From contig CAVZMH010000009.1 in NCBI GenBank assembly GCA_963776345.1, positions 1 through 64,000 of the forward strand: a stretch of 64,000 bases of DNA. The letters are read 5' to 3'. Below, piece after piece: positions 41,237-52,816 of this stretch (positions are counted from its first letter, which is position 1; the number at the start of each line of letters is the position of its first letter). The position numbers and the translations under genes were made by a program. The stretch is from an uncultured delta proteobacterium (lineage in GTDB: Bacteria; Myxococcota; Myxococcia; Myxococcales; Myxococcaceae). Under the pieces are notes generated by a model, which was given only the letters and a program-made list of their open reading frames with translations, was not told the DNA's origin and did no database searches.

Positions 41237-42019
41237 ATGGCCGAGGTGAACGTCCGGGTGGAGGTCGAGGGGCCCTTCGCCACGGTGACGGTGGATCGCC
41301 CCAAGTCGCTGAACGCGCTCGACACCCGCACCCTCGAGGAGCTGGAGAAGGCGGCGGGTGACCTCGCCCAGCGCGCGGACCTGCGCGGGGTCATCGTGAC
41401 CGGGGCGGGGGAGAAGGCCTTCGTCGCCGGCGCGGACATCGCCGAGATGCAGGGCATGAACTCCGATCGCGCGCGCCACTTCGGCGCCCTCGGCCAGCGG
41501 GTGATGGACGCCATCGCCGCGCTCCCCATGCCGGTGGTGGCGGCGGTGAACGGGTTCGCGCTCGGCGGCGGCTGCGAGCTCGCCCTGGCCTGCGACTTCA
41601 TCTACGCCTCCGAGAACGCCAAGTTCGGGCTCCCGGAGGTCAGCCTGGGCATCCTCCCGGGCTTCGGGGGGACGCAGCGGCTCAGCCGGCTCGTCGGGCG
41701 CGCAAGGGCCAAGGAGCTCATCTGCACCGGCGACATGATCGACGCCGCCAGGGCCAAGGAGATCGGCCTGGCGCTGGACGTCGTTCCCCTGGCGCGGCTC
41801 CTGTCGCACGCCCGGGCCGCGCTGGAGCGGGTGGCCAAGAAGGGCCCGCTGGCCGTCCGCCGCGCCAAGGAGGCCATCGACCGCGGGGCGGAGCTCGAGC
41901 TCGCCGACGGCCTGCGCATCGAGCGGGAGGTGTTCTCCGACCTCTTCGACTCCGCGGACCGGCACGAGGGGATGAAGGCGTTTCTCGAGAAGCGGCCCCC
42001 CGTATTCACCGGCCGCTAG
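41237..42019 (+). CDS. crt: Enoyl-CoA hydratase (crotonase)
   Basis: KAFVAGADI, GFALGGGCEL, PEVSLGILPGFGGTQRL. Confidence 0.9.
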   Translation: MAEVNVRVEVEGPFATVTVDRPKSLNALDTRTLEELEKAAGDLAQRADLRGVIVTGAGEKAFVAGADIAEMQGMNSDRARHFGALGQRVMDAIAALPMPVVAAVNGFALGGGCELALACDFIYASENAKFGLPEVSLGILPGFGGTQRLSRLVGRARAKELICTGDMIDAARAKEIGLALDVVPLARLLSHARAALERVAKKGPLAVRRAKEAIDRGAELELADGLRIEREVFSDLFDSADRHEGMKAFLEKRPPVFTGR

Positions 42020-42031
42020 CACGACCAGCGA

Positions 42032-43171
<1,140 letters not shown>

Positions 43172-43175
<4 letters not shown>

Positions 43176-43591
43176 ACGTGCTCATCCCGCTGCTGCTCGC
43201 CCTCGCTGCCGCCCCCGACGCCGGGACGACGGCCTCGCCCATCGTCGCTCCTGCCACGCCCGCCCGCGGGTCGGGTCCGGAGAAGCTTCCCTTCACCCCC
43301 GACACGATCCGGGAGGTGGTCCGCGCCAAGCAGCCGGAGATCGAACGCTGCTGGGAGCAGACCCTGGCCGGCCAGGAGAAGCCGGTCGAGGGAAAGCTCC
43401 AGACGCACTTCGTCATCACCCCCGCGGGGACGGTGAGGCAGGCGAAGGTGGTGAAGAAGGGCACCACCTTGAAGAACGACGCCCTGCACCGGTGCGTGGA
43501 GACGGTGCTCTCCACCATGGTCTTCCCCACGCCCCCGGACGGGAAGGACCACCCGGTGGAGTACCCGTTCAACCTCAAGGCCGTGCGCTGA
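43172..43591 (+). CDS. AgmX/PglI C-terminal (TonB-C-like) domain protein with signal peptide
   Basis: [17 protein letters not shown]...GKL...FVI...G.V...CV......FP......VEYPF. Confidence 0.8.
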
Positions 43592-44730
43592 TGCGGCTGG
43601 AGTTGACCGAGACGCAGGCCCTGGTCCGCAACACCGCCCGGACCTTCGCCCGGGAGCGGGTCGCGCCCGGGGCCCGCGAGCGGGACAGGACCGAGGCCTT
43701 CCCGACCGAGCTGCTGCGCGAGATGGCGGAGCTCGGGCTTCTGGGCGTCAACGTTCCCGCGGAGTACGGCGGCGCAGAGGCCGGGGCCACCGCCTATGCA
43801 CTGGCGATGATGGAGATCGCCGAGGCCTGCGCGTCGACCGCGGTCACGATGGCGGTCACCAACATGTGCGCCGAGCTGATCACCGCCTTCGGCACCGAGG
43901 CGCAGAAGAAGCGGTCCGTGACCCGGCTGACCTCGGGCGAGGCGGTGGCCGGGGCGTTCGCGCTCTCGGAGGCCCAGGCCGGGAGCGACGTCTCGGCGCT
44001 GGAGACCCGAGCCGAGCGCCAGGGTGACGGGTGGGTGCTGAACGGCACCAAGCAGTGGATCACCTCGGGCGACCGGGCCGGGGTGATGGTCGTCTGGGCC
44101 CGGACCGGCGCGCCCGGCGCGGGCGGGCTCTCGGCCTTCATCGTCGATGGCGGCACACCCGGGCTCCAGGTGGGCCGCCACGAGGACAAGATGGGCCTCC
44201 GGGCCTCCACCACGGTGCCGCTCCAGTTCGAGGACTGCCGGCTCCCCGCCGATGCGCTGCTCGGGCAGGAGGGGCAGGGGTTCAGGCTGGCGATGATGGC
44301 GCTGGACGGCGGGCGGATCGGCATCGCCTCGCAGGCCTGCGGGGTCGCGCGGGCGGCGCTCTTGGCCACGGTGCGCTACACCAAGGAGCGAAGGGCGTTC
44401 GGGAAGCCCGTGGCCGACTTCCAGGCCGTGCGCTTCATGCTCGCCAACATCCGGACCGAGCTCGCCGCGGCGGAGCTCCTCACCCTGCGGGCGGCAGGGC
44501 TGAAGGAGTCGGGCCGGCCGTTCACCCGGGAAGCCTCGATGGCGAAGGTCTTCGCCTCGGAGATGGCCAACCGGGCCGCCGACAAGGCCGTCCAGCTCCA
44601 CGGCGGATACGGGTACATCGACGAGTTTCCCGTCGAGCGGCATCTCCGCGACGCGCGGGTGCAGACCATCTACGAGGGGACCAGTGAGATCCAGCGGGTG
44701 GTCATCGCGCGGGAGCTGCTCAGAGGCTGA
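43591..44730 (+). CDS. Acyl-CoA dehydrogenase
   Basis: [43 protein letters not shown]. Confidence 0.94.
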   Translation: MRLELTETQALVRNTARTFARERVAPGARERDRTEAFPTELLREMAELGLLGVNVPAEYGGAEAGATAYALAMMEIAEACASTAVTMAVTNMCAELITAFGTEAQKKRSVTRLTSGEAVAGAFALSEAQAGSDVSALETRAERQGDGWVLNGTKQWITSGDRAGVMVVWARTGAPGAGGLSAFIVDGGTPGLQVGRHEDKMGLRASTTVPLQFEDCRLPADALLGQEGQGFRLAMMALDGGRIGIASQACGVARAALLATVRYTKERRAFGKPVADFQAVRFMLANIRTELAAAELLTLRAAGLKESGRPFTREASMAKVFASEMANRAADKAVQLHGGYGYIDEFPVERHLRDARVQTIYEGTSEIQRVVIARELLRG

Positions 44731-44851
44731 GCCGCCCGGTGGCGGGTCCAGCGGCTGGCCTCGGTGGGACGCGGGAGCCACCAGCGGCCGGGCAAGGCGC
44801 CTGGACGTGGGGCCTCCGTGAACCCGGCGCGCTCAGGGGAGACACGGTGAT

Positions 44852-45183
44852 CTTGCGGTTTCGCGGAGGCGGTTCAGGAAACAGTTTGGGACGGTCCCTC
44901 CGGGGCGTGGTCGCGAGGTCCTTTTCGGCGTTCGATTCGGTTTCGCGGAGCTCGTCCAGGAAACAGTTCCAGCGTGTTCAACTCGAGCGGAAGGGCCGTA
45001 TTCACCTGGGCCCGGGGGATGCCGGCCCACCGGTCCGCTGGCCGGAGGCGGTTCCAGCCCCGGCAGACGTGTTTCGGGAGCGGCGTTCGCGAAACCGTTT
45101 GGGACGTCTCCGAGGACCTTGCGACCACGCCCCGGAGGGACCGTCCCAAAGTGTTTCGGGAACACGCTTCCCGAAACCGCAGG
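44852..45183. repeat. 332-bp compound inverted repeat with four GTTTC-N15-GAAAC boxes, between convergent genes
   Basis: 44885-44922 is the reverse complement of 45113-45150 (37/38). Boxes at 44858, 44940, 45071 and 45153 are all symmetric about 45017.5. Confidence 0.9.
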
Positions 45184-45400
45184 TCGCTCTCGTCCCGGGG
45201 TGGTCGTCGCTCCCCGCTGGTTCCTTCGATCCCCATCGACTCACTTCTCGCGCCGCGGCGCGGTTGAGGAATCGATCGACGAGCTCTTCGAGAGATCGGC
45301 AGGTGGACGATCTCTAGCCGGTCCAGGAGCTTTCGGCGAAAACCGTTGCCCGCGGCGCCGCTCGAGCGCCGGAAGCCGAACGCTTCCAGCCGTCCGCGGA

Positions 45401-47317
45401 CTAGCCAATTCCGAACCGGGCGAGGAGCTCGGGCAGGCGCTCCGCGAGGCCCAGGCGCGCGGCGGCGGACTCGAGCATCCGCCGCTCCTGCCGGTCCACC
45501 TTGCCGTCGATGAGCGCCATCTGCACCAGCGAGCGGAGGAAGCTCTCGCCCCCGGGCCCGCGCTGGGGCACCAGCCGCTCGAAGAGCGCCGGGTCGGCGT
45601 TCAGCGCCAGCTCCACGTTCTCGAACGGCACCCCCCAGCGCTCGGCGCAGAGCTTGAGCATCCGCCGCTCGCGGTCGTCCACCGCGCCGTCCGCCGCCGC
45701 CATCGCCGCCATCGTGTAGAGCAGCCTCTGCCGCTCCGCCGCGTCCAGGACCGTGTCCCGCGGCGCGTGACCCGGAACCGCTGCCTGGGACGGGGCCTGC
45801 GTCCGGGACCGGGCCGCCCACAGCTCGAACGGCTCGGCGCGCGTCAGGACCCAGTCGTGCGCGCCGTCGTTCAGCGTCGCGCCGCAGTGGTCGCAGGTGG
45901 GTTGCACCGAGTCCCCGAGCGGCGCACCGCAGTTGCCGCACCGGGCGGTCGCCATGCCCCGCGCTTGGTCGGTCTTCACCCCGGCCTTCCGGGCGAGCGT
46001 GAAGATCCACCGCTGGGGCAGGGTGGCCAGCGTCCCGGGCGACGCCCCGTCCGGAACCACCCCCATGCGCGCGCTCCAGCGGATCTCCACGTGCGCCAGC
46101 GTCGTCGACGCCCCCTGCTCGATGGCGCGGACCGCCACGCTGCCCACCGCGGCCTGCAGGAACACCCGGGTGCGCTGGCGGCCTCGCAGCGCGGCCATGT
46201 CGGCCGACATCTCGGCCAGGAAGTCCGCCGTGGCCAGCTTCGCCATCCGGGGCGGCTCGCCCCGGGACTGGGCGTCGATCCAGCCCCAGAAGAGCAGCGA
46301 GGCCCGGTCCTCCAGCACCTCGAGCGACAGCGCCGGGTCCTCGGCACGGAGCCCGTCCAGCCCGGGCACCTCGGGCGGCGCGCTGCCCGCCTCGATGCCC
46401 TGGGTGATCTCGCTCAGCACCCAGTCGTAGGCGCCGCTGTTGACGATCGCCCCGCAGTACGTGCAGTTGCCCGCCGCGCCCCCGTCGAACGGGGCCCCGC
46501 AGTTGGGGCACTTCCCCGGCGGAAGCACCCCGTCCTTGCGCGAGCGGGTGCCCGGGCGGCGGACGAACGACCAGACCTCGGTGAACGCCTCGAGCGGCGC
46601 ACGTTGCGCCTGCCCCCTCGCGTCCCCGGGTGACAGCCCAGCCGGCAGGTCCACGTCACGGGCCTGGGCGCGGATGCGCACGTCCAGGGTGTCGAACGCC
46701 GCCGTCCGCTCGAGGCCCACCGGCTGGAGATCCAGCACCGCCATGTCCGCGGTGACGTTCCGGACGTTCTGCGAGCGCAGCAGTTCGAGCTGCACCCGGA
46801 GCCGCTGGAAGGTCGCGTCCGAGAGGTCCCGCCGGACCGGCGCGAGGTCTCCCTCGGCCCACGCCGCCTGCACCCGCAGGAAGAGCGCCTTGACCTGGTC
46901 CAGGAACGCCACCAGGTCGAAGCCCGGGTCCGAGGCACGGAGCGCGTCCACCCAGCCGGTGACCTCGCGCGCGGCCGGCTGCGCCGGCCCCCGCGCGTCC
47001 GCCGCCTCGAACGCCCGCTGGGTGCTGGCCGTCGCCCCGAAGCTCCGGGTGTACGCCCGCCAGACCACGAAGGCCACGCCGAGCATCGCCAGGCTGAACA
47101 GCGGGTGGTTCAGAAAGAAGAGGATGAGCCCGAGGTCGCCGCCCGAGGACGAGCCCCCGCCGCCCGACCAGCTCCCCGAGCCGCTCGAGCTCGAGGAGTG
47201 CGATCCGGACGAGCTCGAGCTGTGGGAGCCGCTGTAGTGCTGCCCGCCACCGACCCGCGCGAGCGCGGGCGTGGCCAGCGTCAGGAACAGGGCGAAGAGA
47301 CTCGCGCGTCGGTTCAT
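45401..47317 (-). CDS. TIM44-like domain membrane protein with zinc ribbons and C-terminal TerB-like domain
   Basis: ARVGGGQ plus Ser/Gly-rich stretch, TM, DPGFD..AF...FTEVWSF; CPNC..CTYC and [21 protein letters not shown] and [13 protein letters not shown]. Confidence 0.78.
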   Translation of the reverse strand: MNRRASLFALFLTLATPALARVGGGQHYSGSHSSSSSGSHSSSSSGSGSWSGGGGSSSGGDLGLILFFLNHPLFSLAMLGVAFVVWRAYTRSFGATASTQRAFEAADARGPAQPAAREVTGWVDALRASDPGFDLVAFLDQVKALFLRVQAAWAEGDLAPVRRDLSDATFQRLRVQLELLRSQNVRNVTADMAVLDLQPVGLERTAAFDTLDVRIRAQARDVDLPAGLSPGDARGQAQRAPLEAFTEVWSFVRRPGTRSRKDGVLPPGKCPNCGAPFDGGAAGNCTYCGAIVNSGAYDWVLSEITQGIEAGSAPPEVPGLDGLRAEDPALSLEVLEDRASLLFWGWIDAQSRGEPPRMAKLATADFLAEMSADMAALRGRQRTRVFLQAAVGSVAVRAIEQGASTTLAHVEIRWSARMGVVPDGASPGTLATLPQRWIFTLARKAGVKTDQARGMATARCGNCGAPLGDSVQPTCDHCGATLNDGAHDWVLTRAEPFELWAARSRTQAPSQAAVPGHAPRDTVLDAAERQRLLYTMAAMAAADGAVDDRERRMLKLCAERWGVPFENVELALNADPALFERLVPQRGPGGESFLRSLVQMALIDGKVDRQERRMLESAAARLGLAERLPELLARFGIG

Positions 47318-47431
47318 CGTCGCCGGGCCCCGGCGAGGGGTCAGTGTAACGGGGGGACGCTCCGTCTTGCCATCCGGGGCCGGGTCGACCTAGCTGCGTC
47401 CGGGCTGCAGACGCCTAGGGAGATTGCACAC

Positions 47432-48208
47432 ATGGGGACGTTCCGGGAGGACCGCCGCGGACCGGTGGAGATCTGGACGCTCGACGCCGAGGACACGCGC
47501 AACGCCATCAGCCGCGCCGTGCTCGCCGAGCTCGAGGCCCGCGTGGCGCGCGTCTCCGGCGGCCAGGAGGTCCGGGCGGTGGTGCTCACCGGCGCCGGGG
47601 ACAAGGCCTTCTGTGCCGGCGCGGACCTGAAGGAGCGCGCCACCATGTCCGAGCCCGAGGTGCGCGCCTTCCTCGGCGGCCTGCGCCGCACCCTCCGCGC
47701 CATCGAGACCGGTCGCACCGTCTTCATCGCCGCCCTGAACGGCTCGGCCCTGGGCGGGGGCACCGAGCTGGCGCTGGCCTGCGACCTGCGCATCGCCGCC
47801 CCGGCCGCGGAGCTCGGCCTCACCGAGGTGCGCCTGGGCATCATCCCCGGCGGCGGCGGAACGCAGCGGCTGCCCCGGCTGGTCGGCCCGGGGAGGGCCA
47901 AGGACCTCATCCTCACCGGGCGGAGGCTCAACGCCGCCGAGGCCTTTGCCATCGGGCTCGTCCAGCGCCTCGCCCCGGAGGGACGGCTGCTCGAGGTCGC
48001 GCTCGGCGTCGCCGAGCAGATCGCCGAGAACGCCCCGCTGGCGGTCGCCGCGGCCAAGCGCGCGGTGGACCGCGGCCTGGATCTGGAGCTGGACGCCGGC
48101 CTGGCCCTGGAGCTGGAGCAGTACGAGACGGTCCTCCGCTCCGAGGACCGCCTCGAGGGGCTGCGGGCCTTCGCCGAGAAGCGTCGGCCCCTCTGGAAGG
48201 GGCGCTAG
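47432..48208 (+). CDS. liuC: Enoyl-CoA hydratase family, probable 3-methylglutaconyl-CoA hydratase
   Basis: [37 protein letters not shown]; upstream of a carboxyltransferase and an ACAD. Confidence 0.8.
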   Translation: MGTFREDRRGPVEIWTLDAEDTRNAISRAVLAELEARVARVSGGQEVRAVVLTGAGDKAFCAGADLKERATMSEPEVRAFLGGLRRTLRAIETGRTVFIAALNGSALGGGTELALACDLRIAAPAAELGLTEVRLGIIPGGGGTQRLPRLVGPGRAKDLILTGRRLNAAEAFAIGLVQRLAPEGRLLEVALGVAEQIAENAPLAVAAAKRAVDRGLDLELDAGLALELEQYETVLRSEDRLEGLRAFAEKRRPLWKGR

Positions 48209-48230
48209 ACGTGGTAAGGCCCCACGCCGC

Positions 48231-49760
48231 ATGCCAGCCGACGACACCCTGCGCGCGCGCCGCGCCCGGATCCGGGAGGGCGGGGCGCCCAAGTACCACG
48301 CCAAGAACGCCGAGACAGGCAAGCTTTTCGCCAGAGAACGGATTTCCCGGTTGCTGGATCCGGGCTCCTTCATCGAGGACGGAAGCTTCGCCAACGCTGC
48401 CGATCCGGAGCTTCCCGCCGACGGCGTGGTGACCGGACTGGGGAAGATCGGCGGCCGCACCGTCGCCCTGATGGCCAACGACTCCACGGTGAAGGCCGGG
48501 AGCTGGGGCGCACGCACCGTGGAGAAGATCCTCCGGATCCAGGAGACCGCCCGCAGCCTCCGCGTGCCACTGCTCTACCTGGTGGACTCGGCCGGCGCCC
48601 GCATCACCGACCAGGTGGAGATGTTCCCCGGCCGGCGCGGGGCAGGGCGGATCTTCTTCAACGAGGTTCAGCTGTCCGGCGAGGTGCCGCAGATTTGCCT
48701 GCTCTTCGGCCCGTCCGCCGCCGGCGGGGCATACATCCCTGCGTTCTGCGACCTGGTGATCATGGTCGAAGGGAACGCCTCGATGTACCTCGGCTCGCCC
48801 CGGATGGCCGAGATGGTCATCGGAGAGAAGGTGACTCTGGAGGAGATGGGCGGCGCCCGGATGCACTGCACGGTCTCCGGGTGCGGCGACGTGCTGGTGA
48901 AGACCGAGGACGAGGCCATCGCCGCCGCGCGCAGCTACCTCGCGTACTTCCCTCCCAGCTTCGCCGAACAGCCGCCCCTCGCCGAGCCGAAGCCGCCGGT
49001 GCGGTCGGGCAGGCGCATCGACGAGATCATCCCTGCCGACCAGAACAAGCCTTTCGACATGTTCGCCCTGATCCACGAGCTGGTCGACGCCGGCTCGTTC
49101 TTCGAGGTGAAGAAGCTCTTCGCCCAGGAGCTGATCACAGGGCTCGCCCGCATCGCCGGACGGCCGGTGGGCATCGTCGCCAACCAGCCCAAGTACAAGG
49201 GCGGGGTGCTGTTCGTGGACTCGGCGGACAAGGCGGCCCGCTTCATCTGGCTGTGCGACGCCTTCAACATCCCGCTCGTCTATCTGGCCGACGTCCCGGG
49301 CTTCATGATCGGCACCAAGGTGGAGCGCGCGGGAATCATCCGGGCCGGGGCGAAGATGGTCTCCGCGGTCTCCGAGGCCACCGTGCCCCGCATCTCGGTG
49401 GTGGTACGAAAGGCCTACGGCGCAGGGCTCTACGCCATGTCCGGCCCGGGCTTCGGGCCCGACGTGACCCTGGCGCTGCCCCAGGCGATGATCGCCGTCA
49501 TGGGCCCCGAGGCGGCGGTGAACGCGGTCTATTTCAACAAGATCCAGGAGAAGCCCGAGGCCGAGCGGGCCGCCTACGTGCAGGCGCTCCGGGACGAGTA
49601 CCGGGCCGACGTGGACCTCATGAAGCTCGCCTCCGAATTGGTGGTGGACGAGGTGGTCCCGGGAGACGAGCTCCGCGACCAGCTGGAGCGCCGCCTCGAG
49701 GCCTATTCACGCCGCTTCCAGCCCCGTTCAGCCAAGAAGCACGGCGTGTTGCCGGTGTAG
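48231..49760 (+). CDS. Acyl-CoA carboxylase carboxyltransferase (beta) subunit, MCC-like
   Basis: DGVVTGLG, ANDSTVKAGSWG, DSAGARI, AGGAY, EEMGG, DVPGFMIG, RKAYGAG. Confidence 0.93.
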   Translation: MPADDTLRARRARIREGGAPKYHAKNAETGKLFARERISRLLDPGSFIEDGSFANAADPELPADGVVTGLGKIGGRTVALMANDSTVKAGSWGARTVEKILRIQETARSLRVPLLYLVDSAGARITDQVEMFPGRRGAGRIFFNEVQLSGEVPQICLLFGPSAAGGAYIPAFCDLVIMVEGNASMYLGSPRMAEMVIGEKVTLEEMGGARMHCTVSGCGDVLVKTEDEAIAAARSYLAYFPPSFAEQPPLAEPKPPVRSGRRIDEIIPADQNKPFDMFALIHELVDAGSFFEVKKLFAQELITGLARIAGRPVGIVANQPKYKGGVLFVDSADKAARFIWLCDAFNIPLVYLADVPGFMIGTKVERAGIIRAGAKMVSAVSEATVPRISVVVRKAYGAGLYAMSGPGFGPDVTLALPQAMIAVMGPEAAVNAVYFNKIQEKPEAERAAYVQALRDEYRADVDLMKLASELVVDEVVPGDELRDQLERRLEAYSRRFQPRSAKKHGVLPV

Positions 49761-49796
49761 AGCGGCCCGGGGTATCAGGGGTTCTCCACGGACCGA

Positions 49797-50939
49797 ATGG
49801 ACCTGACCCTTCCCGAGAGCCACCGCGCGCTGCAGGCCTCGCTCCGCCAGTTCTGCGAGGAGAACGTCAAGCCGCACGCCCGCGCGTGGGACCACGAGGA
49901 GCGGTTCCCAGCCCAGGTGGTCCAGGCGCTGGGCGAGCTGGGGGTGCTGGGCATCCTGGTCGGCGAGGAGTACGGCGGCGCGGGGATGGACGCCCTGGCG
50001 GTCGCCATCGCCGTCGAGGAGATCGCCCGGTACGATGGCTCGCTCGCGCTCACCGTGGCCAGCCACAACGGCCTGGGCACGAGCCACATCCGGGTCTTCG
50101 GCAACGACGCCCAGCGGCGACGCTACCTGCCCAGGCTCGCCACCGGCGAGTGGCTCGGCGCCTGGGGCCTCACCGAGCCCGGGAGCGGCTCGGACGCCGC
50201 GGCGATGAAGACCACCGCGGTTCGCAGCGGCGACGGCTGGGTGCTGAACGGCAGCAAGATGTTCATCACCCAGGGGACGGTGGGCCAGGTCTTCGTCGTC
50301 CTCGCGCTCACCGAGCCCGAGAAGCGACAGAAGGGCATCACCGCGTTCATCCTGGAACGGGGGATGCCCGGCTTCAGCCAGCGGGCGATCCACGGGAAGC
50401 TCGGGATGCGGAGCTCGGACACCGCCGAATTGATCCTGGAGAACGTCGAGGTCCCCGACTCCCAGCGCCTCGGCGAGCTGGGGATGGGCTTCGTGAACAC
50501 GCTGCAGATCCTGGACAAGGGCCGCATCACCATCGGTGCCCTCTCTCTCGGACTGGCCCGGGGGGCGCTCGAGGAGTCGGCCCGCTACGCCCGCGAGCGC
50601 CGGGCCTTCGGCAAGCCCATCGGCGAGTTCGAGGCCATCCGCTGGATGCTGGCCGACATGCAGACCGAGCTCCAGGCCGCGCGCCTCCTCGTGCACCGGG
50701 CGGCGGTGCTGGCCGACAGCGGCCGGCCGTACGGGCGCGAGGCCAGCATGGCCAAGCTCTTCGCCAGCGAGGTCGCCACCCGGGCCTGCAACAAGGCGGT
50801 GCAGATCCACGGCGGCTACGGCTACACCCGGGAGTTCCCCGTGGAGCGCTACCTGCGCGACGCCAAGCTCTGCGAGATCGGAGAGGGCACCAGCGAGGTG
50901 CAGCGGACGGTGATTGCCCGCGAGCTTCTCAAGGCCTGA
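49797..50939 (+). CDS. Acyl-CoA dehydrogenase (possibly isovaleryl-CoA)
   Basis: [43 protein letters not shown]. Confidence 0.93.
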   Translation: MDLTLPESHRALQASLRQFCEENVKPHARAWDHEERFPAQVVQALGELGVLGILVGEEYGGAGMDALAVAIAVEEIARYDGSLALTVASHNGLGTSHIRVFGNDAQRRRYLPRLATGEWLGAWGLTEPGSGSDAAAMKTTAVRSGDGWVLNGSKMFITQGTVGQVFVVLALTEPEKRQKGITAFILERGMPGFSQRAIHGKLGMRSSDTAELILENVEVPDSQRLGELGMGFVNTLQILDKGRITIGALSLGLARGALEESARYARERRAFGKPIGEFEAIRWMLADMQTELQAARLLVHRAAVLADSGRPYGREASMAKLFASEVATRACNKAVQIHGGYGYTREFPVERYLRDAKLCEIGEGTSEVQRTVIARELLKA

Positions 50940-50948
50940 CGCACGTCG

Positions 50949-51782
50949 ATGGAAGCGGACTGGCTGGCGCAGCTCGGGCTCACGGTGCAGGAGGGGGCGG
51001 CGGGCCCCGAGGTGGTGCTCCCGCTGCGGGGCTCCCTGGTGAACCCGCTGACCCGCCGGCCCGTGCCGGCGGTCACCCTGGCCGTGGCCGAGGAGCTCCT
51101 CATCCCGGTGGATCCGCCCGAGCTGGTCGGCCTGCCTCCGCTGACGATGGACACCCTCACCGAGGGCCTCGAGCTCGAGGCGCGACTTCTCGCCGGGTTC
51201 GACGAGCACGTGGCGCGGCTCGAGGCGACGGCGAGCAAGCTGGAGGCGCTCGGGCTCTCCCCCTGCGTGGACCCGGGCTCGCTCGAGGTCCGGGTGGAGA
51301 CCCAGGTCGGCGGATTCCGGATCCTGCTCGGCGGCGACAAGCAGGGGAAGCTCCGGGTGCTGGAGGTGCACCGGGCCAGCGCCCTCTTGAAGACCGAGGT
51401 CGGCGCACCCTTCGCCCTGGCGCAGTTCCCGGACGCCGCTTCGCTCCAGGCCCACCTGTCGATGCTGGTCGGCGAGACGCCTGGCCCGCGGCACGGCCTG
51501 GGCTATGGCGAGCTGGCCGAGCGCTTCGGTCCGGCGGCGCGCGTCCCGGCGACCAGCGCGCTCGAGCTGGTCACCGACTTCACCGTGCGCGGCGAGCGAT
51601 ACCGCTTCGTCGCCGCCCGGGTGCGGGGCCGGACCTTCCGCGGGCTCCTGGCGGGCCCCGAGGGCAAGAAGTGGGCGGACCACTTCCAGCTCGAGGACTT
51701 CGCCGGGGTGGCGGACGTGGCCTCGCGCGCGCTCGGCGTCTCGCCCGAGGAGATCTCCTGGCTCGAGGGGGACGAGCCATGA
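50949..51782 (+). CDS. Hypothetical protein
   Basis: Good codon usage; fills the operon and has ATGA coupling to meaB. Confidence 0.7.
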   Translation: MEADWLAQLGLTVQEGAAGPEVVLPLRGSLVNPLTRRPVPAVTLAVAEELLIPVDPPELVGLPPLTMDTLTEGLELEARLLAGFDEHVARLEATASKLEALGLSPCVDPGSLEVRVETQVGGFRILLGGDKQGKLRVLEVHRASALLKTEVGAPFALAQFPDAASLQAHLSMLVGETPGPRHGLGYGELAERFGPAARVPATSALELVTDFTVRGERYRFVAARVRGRTFRGLLAGPEGKKWADHFQLEDFAGVADVASRALGVSPEEISWLEGDEP

Positions 51783-52813
51783 GCGCCTCGCTCGTGGACC
51801 GGGTGCTCGCCGGGGAGGTCCGCGCCGCCAGCCGGCTGATGCGCCGGATCGACGACGAGGACCCGGCGGCCACCGCCGATCTCCAGGCGCTCTTCCCCCG
51901 GACGGGGCGGGCCTACGTCCTGGGCATCACCGGCTCCCCCGGGGCAGGGAAGTCCACCCTCACCGACCGGGTGGTGGCCCGGTTCCGGGCCCAGGGCAAG
52001 ACCGTCGGGGTCCTCGCGGTGGACCCCACCAGCCCCTTCAGCGGGGGCGCCATCCTCGGTGACCGCATCCGGATGCAGGCCCACGCCTCCGACCCGGGGG
52101 TGTTCATCCGTTCCCTGGCCACGCGGGGGTCACTCGGGGGACTCTCCCGGGCCACGGGTGACTGCATCCGGGTGATGGACGCGATGGGCAAGGACGTCAT
52201 CGTGGTGGAGACCGTCGGCGTGGGCCAGGACGAGATCGACATCGCCCAGATGGCCCACACCACGGTGCTGGTCACCGTGCCGGGGATGGGCGACGACATC
52301 CAGGCCATCAAGGCCGGCATCCTCGAGGTGGCGGACGTCTTCATCGTCAACAAGGCCGACCTGGACGGCGCCGACCGCACCGTGCGCGAGCTGCGGCAGA
52401 TGCTCGAGCTCCGGCACGCGCTCCGCCGCCCGGCGACGGACCACGACGCCGCCCACCGGCTCCGGGCCCGTGCGCAGGGCAAGCCCGCCACACCTCCTCC
52501 GGCCAACCCCGACGAGTGGGAGCCACCCATCCTCAAGGTCATCGCCGCGCGCGACCAGGGCCTCGACCCGGCGATGGAGGCCATCGCTCAGCACCTGAGC
52601 TTCCTGGAGCGCACGGGGCAGAAGGCCGAGCGCGAGCGCGCCCGGGCCCGGACGCAGTTCCTCGCGCTGCTGCGCAACCTGCTGCTCCGCTCGGCGCTCG
52701 ACCGGCTGGAGGCGGAGAAGGGCCGGCTGGACGAGGTGGCGCTCGCCATCGCCCGCCGCGAGGCGGACCCGTACGCCCTGGCCGAGACCCTGGCCCGCCA
52801 GCTCGCCACCTGA
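51779..52813 (+). CDS. meaB: Methylmalonyl-CoA mutase-associated GTPase MeaB/ArgK
   Basis: [44 protein letters not shown]. Confidence 0.94.
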   Translation: MSASLVDRVLAGEVRAASRLMRRIDDEDPAATADLQALFPRTGRAYVLGITGSPGAGKSTLTDRVVARFRAQGKTVGVLAVDPTSPFSGGAILGDRIRMQAHASDPGVFIRSLATRGSLGGLSRATGDCIRVMDAMGKDVIVVETVGVGQDEIDIAQMAHTTVLVTVPGMGDDIQAIKAGILEVADVFIVNKADLDGADRTVRELRQMLELRHALRRPATDHDAAHRLRARAQGKPATPPPANPDEWEPPILKVIAARDQGLDPAMEAIAQHLSFLERTGQKAERERARARTQFLALLRNLLLRSALDRLEAEKGRLDEVALAIARREADPYALAETLARQLAT

Positions 52814-52816
52814 ACG

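Noticed and set aside
44858..45177. Mini-CRISPR array (GTTTC...GAAAC repeat ends resemble many CRISPR repeats)
   Set aside because: Box interiors differ, spacing is uneven (82/131/82), the first and third spacers are reverse complements of each other, and there are no cas genes in the window.
44739..45400. Small ORFs on both strands in the ACAD/TIM44 gap
   Set aside because: Atypical codon usage; their shared peptide is a by-product of the inverted repeat.
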